The notes under the pieces: model-generated
Databases searched by the model: none
What the model saw: the letters and a program-made list of their open reading frames with translations, nothing else
What the model was told of the DNA's origin: nothing
Source of the DNA: Felis catus
Lineage: Eukaryota
Assembly (NCBI RefSeq): GCF_018350175.1
Contig: NC_058383.1
Span: 18,538,001-18,602,000, forward strand
Length of the DNA stretch: 64,000 bases
Reading direction: 5' to 3'
Shown: piece by piece, positions 51,081 through 64,000 of the stretch
Layout: each line of letters begins with the position of its first letter
Position numbering within the stretch: position 1 is the stretch's first letter
Position numbers and translations under genes: made by a program

Positions 51081-54000
51081 CAGCGTAATGTAAAAGTTAG
51101 GATTATAGTACACATAATGTTCTGCAACTTGTTTTTCTCATTCATGACGACTTTCTCATCAGAGCCAGAGACATAACTTACTGTTGTTTTTTTAACGTTT
51201 ATTCATTATTGAGAGAGAGAGAGAGACAGAGCATGAGCAGGGAAGGGGCAGAGAGAGGGGGAAGACACAGAATCGGAAGCAGGCTCCAGGCTCCCAGCCG
51301 TCAGCACAGAGCCCGACGTGGGGCTCGAACTCACAAACCGTGAGATCGTGACCTGAGCCGAAGTCGGATGCCCAACCGCCTGAGCCACCCAGGCACCCCC
51401 GTAGCTTATTGTTTTTAAAGGCTACGGAGTATTTCACCAAAGAATGCTGATCGGTCACCTTCTGTTGGATGCTTAGCTTGTTTCCAGCTTTTCACTATTA
51501 TAAACAAGGCCATTTCCGCAGGAGCATTTCCTCAGGAGACTCTGTAAGTAGAACTACAATATCACGGCATATTTAACATTCTGAACAGCGTTGCCAAACT
51601 GCCCATGGAGAGAACGCACCCACTTGTCTTCAAGGTGATGGTAGTGCACAGCCAAGAATAATTGCAAGTCAGCTGCCGGGTTTGGGGGGTGTCTCTGGAC
51701 CTGCTGCTATAAAGTCAGGCGGACCCATTTTATTTCACCACATTTAGGTTTCTTCGTCTCTTTGGTACCCAGGGATGCCACCAGCCCAGCTTGATAACAT
51801 AACCTGCCTTCAGCCTGGGAATCTCCAGATCCTTTGAGCCAAAAACACCTGCACATCCTTTGGGCTGTCCACGCTTTCCTGACTTGGCCAGTTTAACTCG
51901 TAGAGTTGGATGTGTTTTGGTGTCTTTCTCTTTTTTTTTTTTTTTAATTTTGAGAGAGAGAGAGTATGAATGGAGGAAGGGCAGAGAGAGAGAGGGAGAG
52001 AGGAAATCCCAAGCACGCTCCACAGTGTCAGGGCAGAGCCCGATGCTGGGCTCGATTCTACGAACCGTGAGAGCATGACCTGAGCAGAAATCGAGAGTTG
52101 GATGCTTAACTGACCGAGCCACCCAGGCACCCCTCTTTCTCAGTCATTTTCGTTCAGGGTTCACTGCCTCTAGGAAACCTGCTGTGATCCTCTCCCAACT
52201 GTCCCCCACCCTCCTCACTCCCATTGGGTTGGGTACCTTCCTGAGAGCTCCCCAGCGCCCCCGGGGTTTACTCCGGGTTACGTGCGGATCACACTGGGTT
52301 GTAATAGGTGTGCCTGGCCATCTCCTGGAATGTCACGAAGGTACAGTCATACATAGAAAGACAATAAACTTCCTCTTGGCCGATTACACGTATTTACCTG
52401 GAGACTAGAGAATGGGAAAACACACTTCAACTTCTCCCACTGAGTCACCTTCTGGGCCCTACAGGTCCATGCCATGGGTTCCCAAAAGTCCCTTCTCTCT
52501 TGGCCACCCTCCCTCTGTCTGCCCCGCTCCCCTGGGATCTGGGCTTTCTTCTAATAGCACCTGCAGGATCAAGGCCAGGAAACGTTCCTCCCCGGCTCCA
52601 CGGAGAACGGTCACACTGTCTTCACAGTCTTCTGTGGGACTAGGGTTGGGGCTCTCAGTTCCCCCAGAGCACAGCACCAAGAAGCTGAAAAACCCACCAA
52701 CCGTAAAAGAGCTTTGCGGATTCAACTGATCATTTATTGAGCGCTGACTGTGTTCCAGGGACCGGGGATACAACAAGATAGATGAGATTCCTGCCTTCGT
52801 GAATGACGATAATAATAACAGCTCACATGTATTGACCACTTACTCTGTTCTGGGCGTTGTTCTGCGCCTTGACACGAATTGGCCTTTTAATCCTTCTAAC
52901 AATCCCACCAGGTAGGTATCATCGTTAATCTCATCTTACAGATGAGGAAACTGAGACACAGAGAGGCTAAATAACTTCTCTCAGGGCACGAAACTAACAG
53001 GTACAAGAACCAAGCTTTGGACCCAAGCAGAGCCTACTCCTTTAGCCACTAACTGAACCAAACCAGGATTGCATTCGAGTGGGGACATATCACGTAGAAG
53101 GAAACAAAGAAAAAAGGATATTTCCATCAGTGATCTCTCTGGGGAAAGTATAACAAAATGAGGGTCATGGGGTAAAAATGGGGAATTCTTAGCACCCAGC
53201 CTGGTCCAAAGCAAGTCCTCATCATTCAAGGGGAAGGGAGGAGGGACAGGGAGGGCGGAAGGAAGGAATCCCTGACAGGTGCTTCCCCAGGCACGGCCGC
53301 CAAAAGCTTGCCAGTGTTTGGCCAGCCGTGCTGATCTAGAACCAGGCTGGAACTGGGGTCAGGTAGACCTCGGGAGGGATCCTTCACCACTCACCAGCCG
53401 TGTGACCTTGAGCAAGTTGCTCTCGGAGCTTCAATTTCCCTTCTCCAAAGATCGGAGGAAATAGCGATCTACACTGTGCCGGCTCAGGACAAAGGCCTGT
53501 CGCACCTAGTGGTTCTGTCACCATCTTCCCCGTGCAGCTGAGCCGATGGAAAGTCAGAAGGGAGCCCAGGATCTCGCAGCTCGTACAGGGGCCTGGGCAG
53601 CTCAGGAATTTGGAGCGTGGGGGGGGGGTGTTCTTGGTAGTGACCACGACAGGGTGCAGACGTTTGTCCTGCTAGACAGTCATGAAGCTAAAACGCTCCT
53701 TTACGAGGACGTGAGGCTAGAACGTACTCCATCACATGCAGTGGTGAAGTCTCCTGCCTTGTAGGAACCGCGTATTTCCTCATTGTCTCCACCTTAATTT
53801 GCCTGCGTGTGGCATCTTGGTTTAAGGTTATTTTCCTCTGCCCCTGATCATCTGGTCTGTTAGTATTCGTGGGAAGGAAAAATTCTTCCCCTGTTCTTCA
53901 GAAGCTTCCAGCTGGACTAAGAATTGAATGGACACGAGACAGATAAACAACAGGAAAAAACGAAGTTTTATTATGCACGCGTGGGGGCCCCCGTCATGAA

Positions 54001-56189
54001 ATTGAGACCTAACAAAAATGACCAAAGCAGGCAGTTTTTATCCTTTTCGACGAAGAGACCATAAATCCATGAGGAATTGAAAGGAGAAAGAGAACTTAAC
54101 TTGGGGAGCTTTAATTTGTAAGCAATTCTAAACAGATTTTGGGCTGGGATAGGAAATGAGTAAAAAAAATCACGGACGTCTTGGCTCTAAATCTCCTATG
54201 TCTGGTGATCAGGGTGTCTCTTTACCTCCTTAACTTTCACCTGGGAGATTTATTTCCTGCTCTCGGCGACTGAGGAGGGTCTGCCCTTCTCACCACAGGT
54301 TGTCTCTGAAGTAACTTTTATTTAAAATAATCAATATACGGGGCGCCTGGGTGGCTCAGTCGGTTAAGCGGCTGACTTCGGCTCAGGTCATGATCTCGCA
54401 GTCCGTGAGTTCGAGCCCCGCGTCGGGCTCTGTGCTGACAGCTCAGAGCCTGGACCCTGTTTCAGATTCTGTGTCTCCCTCTCTCTGACCCTCCCCCGTT
54501 CATGCTCTGTCTCTCTCTGTCTCAAAAATAAATACATGTTAAAAAAAATAAAAAAAATAAATCAATATGCTAGGTGTGCCTGGGTGGCTTCGTTGGTTAC
54601 GCATTTGACTCTTGGTTTCAGCTCAGGTCACGAGCTCACCGTTCGTGGGCTCGAGCCCCGCATCGGGCTCTGCACTGACCGTGTGGGCCTGCTTGGGATT
54701 CTCTCTCTCCCTTTCTCTCTGCCTCTCCGCCCCTCTCTCTCTCAACAATAAATAAACATTGAAAAAATAAAATAAAATAAAATAGCCAACATGCTGAAGC
54801 GGCACATTGTGGGGCGGCCTGCCCTCGGTCCGTCTGTGATTGTCCCAAGCTCTGTTTTATTCAGGTGACCTCACTTTCATTTCCTGGATGTTCAGGAATT
54901 CACATATCAACCAAACCTGAAAAACAAAAGCTAAAGTTAATTCTGGCTCAGGCTAGGGAGAAACAGGAGCAGAAGTGCCTCTTCGTGTTAAACACAGAAC
55001 GAGACTGGGTTATTACAGGGTTTTGGGGGAGGTAAAATTTAGGCAGCACTGAGAGGGAGCGGTGTTTGAACGGGCTCACGGCAAGGTGGGCAAGTGAGCG
55101 GAGAATTTAAACACCTGGCTAAGCCCGAGAAGGTCCTCAGTGCCGGCCCTGGGATTTGGCACATAAACCCCAGGGAAAGTGTGAGTGGGCCACCCCGGGT
55201 GTGGCCCTCTCTGGGTCAGCTCAACCCGCAGGAGCAGATCCCTTCAGGCAAGTGTGGAACATTCCATCTTCACGCATTTCTTATCTGAATCCCTTCCTTT
55301 CGTTCATATTAAGTAGGCCCAAATGCCTGTTTACTCCGCAATGTCTTCTCCCTCAGCATTTCCATGGTTTGAAAGACATTTTTGCAGCATAAGTGGGTTT
55401 CCTTTCACGTCGCCTTCCCGTTACGGTGACGGCATCATTGAGTTGTTTGGACATTGTGCGAATAACTCATAGGGAAGCTAAGACCGTAGGAACGTGCCAG
55501 GCACTGTCGCAAGTGTCCTTCCCTGAGGTGTCTCATTCGGTTCTCTCACCAACCCTGGGAAGTCAATGCAATGATTATCATCTTCATTTGTACAGAGGAG
55601 AAAACCGAGGCACAGAGAGGTTAAGTGACTTGTCTGGGGTCACCCAGGAAGTAGTGGACCAGAGGTTTGAACCCAGGGCAGCTGGCTCCAGGATCCGCAC
55701 CCTGTTGGGTGAGGGACACTACCTAGGGACCCACTCCATCACCACACCCCCCCCCTTCCTAGCTCGGGCTATGAAGGGGGCTTTCCAGATGTTTCTTATC
55801 AAAAAGGGGTGTTGGGTGTGTTCGGGGTGAGAACAGCTGACCTATTTCATGGAGTGTTCTTCGTAATCTGCCACCAGGGTCCTGCGTCTAAGGCAGAATT
55901 GGGATGGGGTCAGCTGTGTGGCAGGGGGCAGGAGACGGGCAGGAAGGAGTCGGCCAGGTGAGGCCCTCCGATCCCCACTGGCCATGATCCCAAGGATTGT
56001 TTATGCTCAGACTCTGCCTCTTTCCTCCTCCTCCCTGAGGGGCGGGGATCTCCTCTGTGGAAAAATACCCAGCTGGGCGAGCCCCAGTGAGAGGGAGGAG
56101 GCGAGGGGAAGGGGCTGGGACTCACAGGACCGACTCTTTTCCCCTCTCGTGATTGCTGTTTACTGGGTCGGGTTCTGGGAAAGGGCCAG

Positions 56190-56231
56190 ATTGCATCAGA
56201 CAGGGCCTGGGGAGGACACGTGGCCTTATAA
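56190..56231 (+). promoter_or_regulatory. NUPR1: NUPR1 proximal promoter: C/EBP-ATF (AARE) site, E-box, TATA-like box
   Basis: ATTGCATCA 56190-56198, CACGTG 56217-56222, TTATAA 56226-56231, about 100-130 bp upstream of the ATG. Confidence 0.75.
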
Positions 56232-56323
56232 GTTGGGGCCCGTGAACAGGGAGGTGTCAGGAAACCAGACACAAACAAAGCGTTGGGAGACGGCAGGGAG
56301 ACAGCAAGGGAAAGTCAGGTGTG

Positions 56324-56977
56324 ATGGCCACCTTCCCGCAAGCAGCCAGCCCGGCCCAGCAGCCCCCAGGTCCGGAGGACGAAGACCTCAGCCTGGATGA
56401 GTATGACCTCTATAACCTGGCTCCTTCTTACCTGGGTAAGGTCTGGCCCGGTCACCTTCCTGGTCCCTTACCTTCTACCCCCACTCCCCCCCCCCACTAG
56501 GATTCCTCCTTGGACTCCTCCCCACCCCCCACCCTTCTCTAACCTGTTCCCTTGACCCCTCCAGTCACCCCTTCCAACCCCTCTTCCCCTTAGTGCTGTC
56601 CTGCTCAGCCCTGGGACCTCACAGGCCCCTAGAATTTGGGGCAACAACAGATCATGGGGGCCCCTCATTTCACAGATGGGGAGACAGGGGTTACAAGTGC
56701 CCCAAAGCTATATGGTGACCACTCTCCAGTCCGCTTCCTCCAACCTATGCTCTTTCCACCCCACACTCCCAACTCCCTGCCTCTCCTTGGATGTATCAGG
56801 CCTCTGTCCACCTCACCTCGGCCTCTTGACTGGTTCCCAGGAGCAGGAGGTCGGAAAGGTCGCAGCAAGAGAGAAGCTGCCACCAACACCAACCGCCCCA
56901 GCCCCGGTGGCCACGAGAGGAAGCTGGTGACCAAGCTTCAGAACACGGAGCGGAAAAAGCGAGGGGCACGGTCTTGA
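56324..56977 (+). CDS. NUPR1: Nuclear protein 1 (p8/COM1), 2 coding exons, 82 aa
   Basis: Exon 56324-56435 MATFPQAASPAQQPPGPEDEDLSLDEYDLYNLAPSYLG; exon 56841-56977 AGGRKGRSKREAATNTNRPSPGGHERKLVTKLQNTERKKRGARS*. 3'UTR intron 56991-57546; AATAAA 57820-57825. Confidence 0.95.
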
Positions 56978-59900
56978 GGCAGAGCTGGAGGTAAAGAGTC
57001 AGGGGTAGACGTCCCTCTGCCTCCAAAGGACATGCCTGAATGTGTGTGGTCAGGTGGGGAGCAAGGTTCCAAGAACTGTCGTCTTGGGGTGCCTGGGTGG
57101 CTCAGTCAGTTGGGTGTCTGACTTCAGCTCAGGTCACGGTCTCGCAGTTCACGAGTTCAAACCCCTCATCGGGCTCCGTGCTGACAGCTCAGAACCTGGA
57201 GCCTGCTTCGGGTTCTGTGTCTCCTTCTCTCTCTGCCCCTCCCCTGCTCACACTCTGTCTCTCTCCCTCTCTCAAAAATAAACATTAAAAAATTAAAAAA
57301 GAAAAAAAAAGAACGATTGTCTCAACATAGAATAAAATGAGACACACATCGGACTCTGAGTTTCCTGGTGGCCAGAGCAAAAGGGGAAACACAGAACCTT
57401 TGCAATTGGAGGGAAATTTGGTTTACGGAGAGGGTAACAGAGGCCCAGAGAGGATAGGGTCCTTCTCTGGAGACCCAGAGCAAGTGACCGGGAGAGGAAG
57501 AGTTAGAACCCAGAATTAGAACTGTCACTCTCTTTCCTTGCCCCAGATGAGGCTACAGCACGGATACCACACAGCGATGGCGACAGGACTGCGGAGAATT
57601 GGCACCTGGGGGAGGGATCCAGGCCTGCCTGCCCTCCCACTCCACCCCGGGACTTACCCTACCTGACTAGGCTCTGAGGGGCCACCAAGCCCCAGAAAAA
57701 GGACAAGCTAGGGGTGGGGAGCAAGACAAAGGGAATGGAGAGGCAGTGTCACGAAAGATACCCCCCACCCCGAAGGAAAGACACCAAAGAAACGGGAACC
57801 CCTTAAGGGTGGCAAGGACAATAAACAAAATTCAGCAGTTGCAGCCTGTGTGTGGAATTTTGTCCCCCCTCCCTCTGTGTGGTTTTGTTTGTTTCTTGTC
57901 CCTGCCTGCATATGTCTGCCTCTGCATGAACCAACAAGAACGGTTTTTGTCTTGGGTTATATGTGTCTGGGAGAGGGCGTCCCCGGTTTGGTAGGGACGG
58001 GTAGAGGCCAGCCTGGCTGCTTTTGTTTTATTTTGGTGCGCAGAGGTTTTGGCAAATGTGCCTCTGTGGTCTCTTAGGAAATGCACGGAAATGTCCTGTT
58101 TCCTTGTCATGCTGCCTGTGAGAGAAGCCCCCTCCCCAGACCCTCCCCAGCTCCTCTCCCTTTTCAGAATAAACAATCTGACTGATCATGTCATTTTCAT
58201 ATAAAACCACCTTTTGAAGTGACTGTTCTTTATGGTGCCGTCTGCAAAACGGAGAACACCGAGATTTAGAACATGAAGGGACTTGCCCCAGGTTACTCGG
58301 GGGCTGCTGTACTGAAGTCTCAAAACGGGATAGAAAGTTCTCTCTCTGTCACGTAGCAGCTCCAACAGTCAGTACTCTTGGGCTAAAATGACAACTTGAC
58401 CACGTCAGGGATTCCAGCTACTTTGAACTCATTGTTCCGCCACGCTCCAAACATGGCTTCCACTTTGGGGTCCACACTCGCTGCTTCGGCGTCTGCCACC
58501 AATCAGATCTGCATCTCAACCCGTGGAAAGGGAGTGGGGGAAGCCACACCAATTCATTTTGAAGACCATGACCTAAAAGTAGAATACGTTACATCTGGCC
58601 AGAATATAATCGCATGGCCACGCCCAACTACCGGAGAGGTTGGGAGACATAGTATTCAGGTGCTTAGCCACGTGTTCGCCAAAACTTGGGAAGGGCGGGG
58701 GTGTGAATACTGGGGAAAAAACTGGCAAGAAACATTTTCCACCGGCAGACTCAGCACAAGGCAGGGGGGTGGGGTGGGGAGAAAAGCCCTAGGTCTGGTC
58801 CTGGGCAAAGCATTTTTCTTTTTCTCCTGCCCTTCCATATAAGCCCTAGGCTGCACAACTTGGAGGCAATTGTTCTTAGTTAGGGACCTAAGAATATGAA
58901 CAGAGGAAGGCCTCAGCCCAGCACAGATCTGGTGTGTCAGCTTTAGAAAATCATGGCAACAGCCCCCAGGTAATTGGGCTACTACTCTGTGACAGGTGTT
59001 TTACAGGCACTGTTCCATTTAACCCTTACACTAATCCAATAGGCATAATGTTATTTGATCCTATTTTACAGACCAGAAAACCGAGGTTAAGAGAAGTTAG
59101 GTAATTTGCCCAAAGTCACACAGCCACAACTTGGAGGAGCTGGGATTTTGAACTTAGGTCCGTCTAATTTTTGAAGTCCGGGTCTTTCCCTTTTTACTAT
59201 ATGCCTGAGGATAACCTGTACGACAACGTGGAATCCTAGATGTTAGTTCATTTCTGGTTAATTACTACTCCTTCTGAGCCTGTTTCTTTTCCTGTCAAAA
59301 GGTCTACTTCAAAGGAGAAAACAAAGGCTGCAAAGCGCTGTGTCTGAGGCCGAACGTGGCCACTCCCTGTCTTCTGGGTCCTTTGACACTTTGCCAGGAG
59401 GCCCCATATGCTACCCTCACTCCTGGCCTGTGATTGGCCCTCCCTGGCCTCGCCTTACCTTGGCACAAACTCTGCCTGGGAGGCCTTTACGTGGCTGTTC
59501 CGGGAACCAGATAATTCTTGGAATCACTGAATGTTTGGATCTGAAAGGATCCTGGATGTTAGAGCCCCACTCTGCCCTTCGCGGAAGGGAAAATCAAGGC
59601 CTGATGGGGCAGGGGCTAAAACTCATACGAAGACTGGGGACGCAGTCAGGACAAGAACCTGTTCTTGACTCTACCTGTCCAGAACACCCCTCTACTGTTC
59701 CACCCACCTTTTACCCCCCTTTTTTTTTGGTCCCCTAGTTGCATGTAATGTCTGTCTCCTTAGTTTCTAGGGGTCCTCCTGAGAACAGAGGGATGACTGA
59801 CTTCTATTTCCCCTTGGGAGCTTGCGGAAGTTTCCCCACCAGGTTGCCACAATTCTAAGGATTCCCAGCTCCTTGCCGAAAATCTGGAAACTCACTACGG

Positions 59901-62900
59901 GGTTTGCTTCACCAACACCTAGTCCTCTTCTGCCCACTCAGCTCTCAGGGCTGTGTATTTTTTCCAATTTCAAAAGCACCCAAAGTTGATTTTAACTGGC
60001 ACTCCTTAAAGGTAATGCCAGTACTAGGAAGAGTCATGGCCACCATCATTGATGGTCTGCCTGAGGCTTTTCCCCGCCTCATCTTTCACACAGCACTTTC
60101 TTGATTTCTGCCCTACGTGCATTTAGGCTATACCATTGTTTGCCCAGAATTTTTCAAATTACCTCCTTACCTTTTCCACTCAAACGCACTTTAAAAGGAG
60201 ACTACATCACCACCCAAACTGGAAAACCACAATCACTTGTCATAACTCGAAGATCGTAGAAAGACACCTAATATCACTTCTTTCAGTCCACCTGCGCACA
60301 CCTCGGATGGCCTTGTGTGCTAAGGGTCACGGGCGTTCACACTCGGAGAAACACGGGTTGTTTCGGAGCCAGATGCTCCGCCAGGTGCTCTGCATACATG
60401 GGAGAAGGCCGCCTTGTAATCACCCGGTCGCAGGTGCGTTAAAGACAATGGCTGCCTGGCTTCCCCTCCCAGAGAGTCTGATTTCGTTGGTCCGAGGTGA
60501 AGGCCGGGCCTTGGGAGTTGGGAGAGTGAGTCTAACGTGCAGTGAAGCGTGAAGGCGTCAGGTGCACGGGGCTTTTGTCTCACACTGCACTTAACAAATA
60601 GGGTCATCACTGCAAGCACTCCCAAGCCACACGCCCTCCTTACCGTGGGGCCTTGCCACCCTCCTATCGAATGGGAGACGGGGGACTGTGCTCCTTTTGA
60701 ACGTGGGGGGAACTTTGCTCTCTGGGGTTCTTGGAGTGCAGTCACCCTGCTGCAAGAAAGTCCGAAGCGACACACGCGGAGACACGACATGGAAAGGCCA
60801 CGTGCTGATGTCATTCTGGTCTTCAGCCCCGCGGAAGTCCCAGCTGAAAGCCATCCTCCGGCTCCAGACTGTAAGTCAAAGGAACCCGCTGACGATTTCC
60901 AGCCCCAGCCGCCGTGTCACCTCTGGCATCTGTGTCTTCCCGGATGAGGCCCAACAACATATTGGGGCGCCAGAGACAAGCCAGCTCTAATTCCCCACCC
61001 ACGGACGCAGCGTGTGACCAAACGGTCATTTCACAGCCTGACGTTTCGGGATGGTTTGTTACACGGCAATAGTGACTGGAACAGCCTCAGGGTCCCCCGG
61101 GCCCAAGTTCAGATCCCGTCTGCAAGTGGGGCTCGAACTCACAAATCGTGAGATCATGATCTGAGTCGAAGTCAGACGCTCATCCGACTGAGCCTCCCCG
61201 GTGCCCCAGTTTATCCTGCACCTTAATTTCCACATCTGTAGACAGGAGATGAAAAGTACACCCCCCCCCCGGAATGGTTTTGAGGAGGAAATGGAGTCTC
61301 TCAAGCACTTAGCAGGGCACCTGACCCAGAACAAGACCTTAAGGAACCGGCAGAGAAGCAGACACAATGGGCTCTGGACCCAGACTCTGTGGGTTCAAGT
61401 CCCTGCTCCCTCATCCTCTGTGTGACCTTGGGCTGCTTACCTGACCTTTCTAGTCTCAGTTTCCCCACGTGTAAAATAGGAATTCCAGTAACATTAAGCA
61501 CGGGGTCCTTGCTGCGATTAAGCAAGGAAGTGTTGCAAAGTGCATAGTAAGCAGCATGTAAGTGCTTGATTAAAACAGTGACCCGGAGACAGAGTTCCGG
61601 CGTGCAAGAAATGCAATCTATTGTTTAAGTTGATACACAGTGCTCCTTTTCTGCTGGCAGCAGGTGTCTGATGGGGTCAGTTTGCCCTCCTTTCTCTCTT
61701 TTCTCCAGGGTTGATCAGGAGCAGAGCTGGGAAGGGGCGTGGAATGCTTGGTACATTGCCATCTGCCACCGCGTCCCTGCCACTGCCCTTCCTGTCCTTT
61801 CTTTTCTTCTTTTATCTTAATGTTCATTTATTTATTTTGTGAGAGAGCGAGCACAAGCAGGGGAGAGGCAGAGAGAGATAATCCCAAGCAGGCTCCACGC
61901 TGTCAGCACAGAGCCCCATGAGGTGCTCAAACTCATGAACCATGAGATCATGACCTCAGCTAAAATCAAGAGTCAGATGCTTAACTGACTGAGCCACCAG
62001 GCACCCCCTTGTCCTTTCCGTTTGTTGTTTAAGATCAACCCTCACAGCCCTGCTCTTTGTGTGCTCCGGGCCACCTCCCACACCTGGGGGCAGGGATACA
62101 TCTGGGGCCTGTCCTCCACTGGAAAAGGGGGCACAGTCCCTTCCGTCCTCAGATCTCTCCATACTGTTCAAAACGAGCGTGGCCTGGACCCTGTGGGGAC
62201 ACGCCAGTTCTAACTTCTCCTCCTTTCCTTTTCAAATTGCTTCCCTTCTTCCCTGACTTGGGGAGTACCTTAAAGTTGGCCCCACCCCCACCCCATCCAC
62301 CTTGCTATTCGGGTCGCTGCGATCCTCTGTGCCTTCAGTCCCCCACGGCTGTTGAACTAAAAATGAAACCGTACTGACATCCCTTCGCCGTAGCAATGAA
62401 AGCCACATGGCCCTCACTGACTTACCAGGAATGGGATGAGCATCAAAGGAGATGTGGGGAAACTCCACCTTGGTTTGTGTACAAAAATTGCACGGTGATG
62501 GATGGTAACCAGTGATCACTGGTGGGCGATCACTCTGTAGTGCATACCAACGTCGAATTATCACGTTACACCTGAAACTTACATGTTCTACACCAACTTG
62601 ACTTCAATATTATTCAACCACAGCAATTATTATTTTTTTAAATATATATATTTTTAAGGTTTATTTATTTATATTTGAGAGAGGGAGCATGAGGGGGGGA
62701 GGGGCAGAGAGAGAAGGAGACAGAATCCCAAGCAGGCTCCACACTGTCTGCACAGAGCTGGATGCGGGGCTCAAACTCACAAACATGAGATCATGACCTG
62801 AGCCGAAACCAAGAGTCAGACGCCCAACCAACGGAGCCACCCAGGTGCCCCGCATGGTAATTATTATTATCACACTTTGGCAAATGCCAAAGTCCTGTGG

Positions 62901-64000
62901 GAGGGCAAAGGCCTGGGTTATGGGTTCACTGGCAGTCACAGGCTGAGCTGGGAGTAGACTCGGTGTGCTGATTCCCACATCCAAGCTTTCCAGAGAGCTC
63001 TGTGGCCTTCAGGGAGTGCCAGGCTGGAGAAAGCAAAGAAGGAAGAACAACCCATCCCCAGAGTCCCTGAGCAAGCAGTCTGCCCCACACAGGGGTACCT
63101 TTCCCCAGGGGCCAGACACTACGCCCAGGTCTCTGACAACTAGAAGCACTTCCTTTTCTGTGTAAAAGAAGGTACACTTTTCTTTTTTCTTTTTTCTTTT
63201 TCATAATTTTTTTAATGTTTATTTATTTTTGACAGAGTGAGACAGAGCATGAGCGGGGGAGGGGCAGAGAGAGAGAGGGAGACACAGGATCTGAAGCAGG
63301 CTCCAGGCTCTGAGCTGTCAGCACAGAGCCTGACGCGGGGCTCGAACCCACGAACCTCGAGACCATGACCTGAGCTGAAATCCAACGCTCGACCGACTGA
63401 GCCACCCAGGCGTCCCTATGCTTTGCTTTTCTGATTACAAAAGCAGTGAATGCTGTGGAATCAGAAGATGAGCACCATCCCCTTGGGTTCAGTCCTCCTG
63501 ACTGAACACATCCTCCCTCTAACTTTTGCCTTACATTTGAGTTATAAAATTGAAGTTCATTTGTAATCATTTCACGGAATGCTTACACCAGCTCTGTGCA
63601 GGCTTATCCTGTTCTCTCTTTTCTGGAGAACTGGTTTGGAGAAGTTTTGTTGGAGTGTGTGTGCGTGTGTGTGTGTGTGTGTGTTTTACTGTTTGAGGAA
63701 ATAATCATTTATTCCTTCGACACATATTTATGGAGCCAGGGAATATTCTAGAAGCTATGAGTACAACAGTAAACCAGTTCTCTTCTCATGGAGCTCACAT
63801 TCCAGTGGGGACAAACAATAAAAGTGAACAAACAAAAGAATTTCAGCAGGGTGTGTGCAATTTAAAATGCCTCAGTTGCGGGGGGGGGGGGGGCACCTGG
63901 GTGGCTCAGTAAGTTGAGCGTCCCACTTCGGCTCAGGCCATGATCTCGTGGTCCTTGAGTTTGAGCCCTGGGTCAGGCTCTGTGTTGACAGCTCAGAGCC

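Noticed and set aside
56797-56840. Upstream acceptor giving a long NUPR1 isoform
   Set aside because: Using the CAG at 56797-56799 adds 41 nt and shifts the frame; no support for a coding isoform.

Overview
Mammalian genomic DNA, very probably a felid (dense Can-SINEs matching the SINEC_Fc pattern), syntenic to human 16p11.2 in its ancestral, unduplicated order: BOLA2 (-), SLX1 (+), SULT1A1 (+), SGF29/CCDC101 (-), NUPR1 (+). All coding exons were placed at GT/AG boundaries and give full-length proteins (86, 274, 295, 293 and 82 aa). The exception is SGF29 coding exon 6, which runs into an N-gap. Most ORF-track entries are spurious. The non-genic space holds a decayed processed EPDR1 pseudogene, an eroded class-III-like ERV env with PPT and LTR in SGF29 intron 2, a truncated ERV with an Arg-type PBS in SGF29 intron 1, solo LTRs, an old L1 with a twin-priming-type inversion and nested insertions, and many SINEs. 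I found no convincing new multi-gene system; the most interesting signals are the retroviral and retrocopy fossils and a few regulatory quirks.
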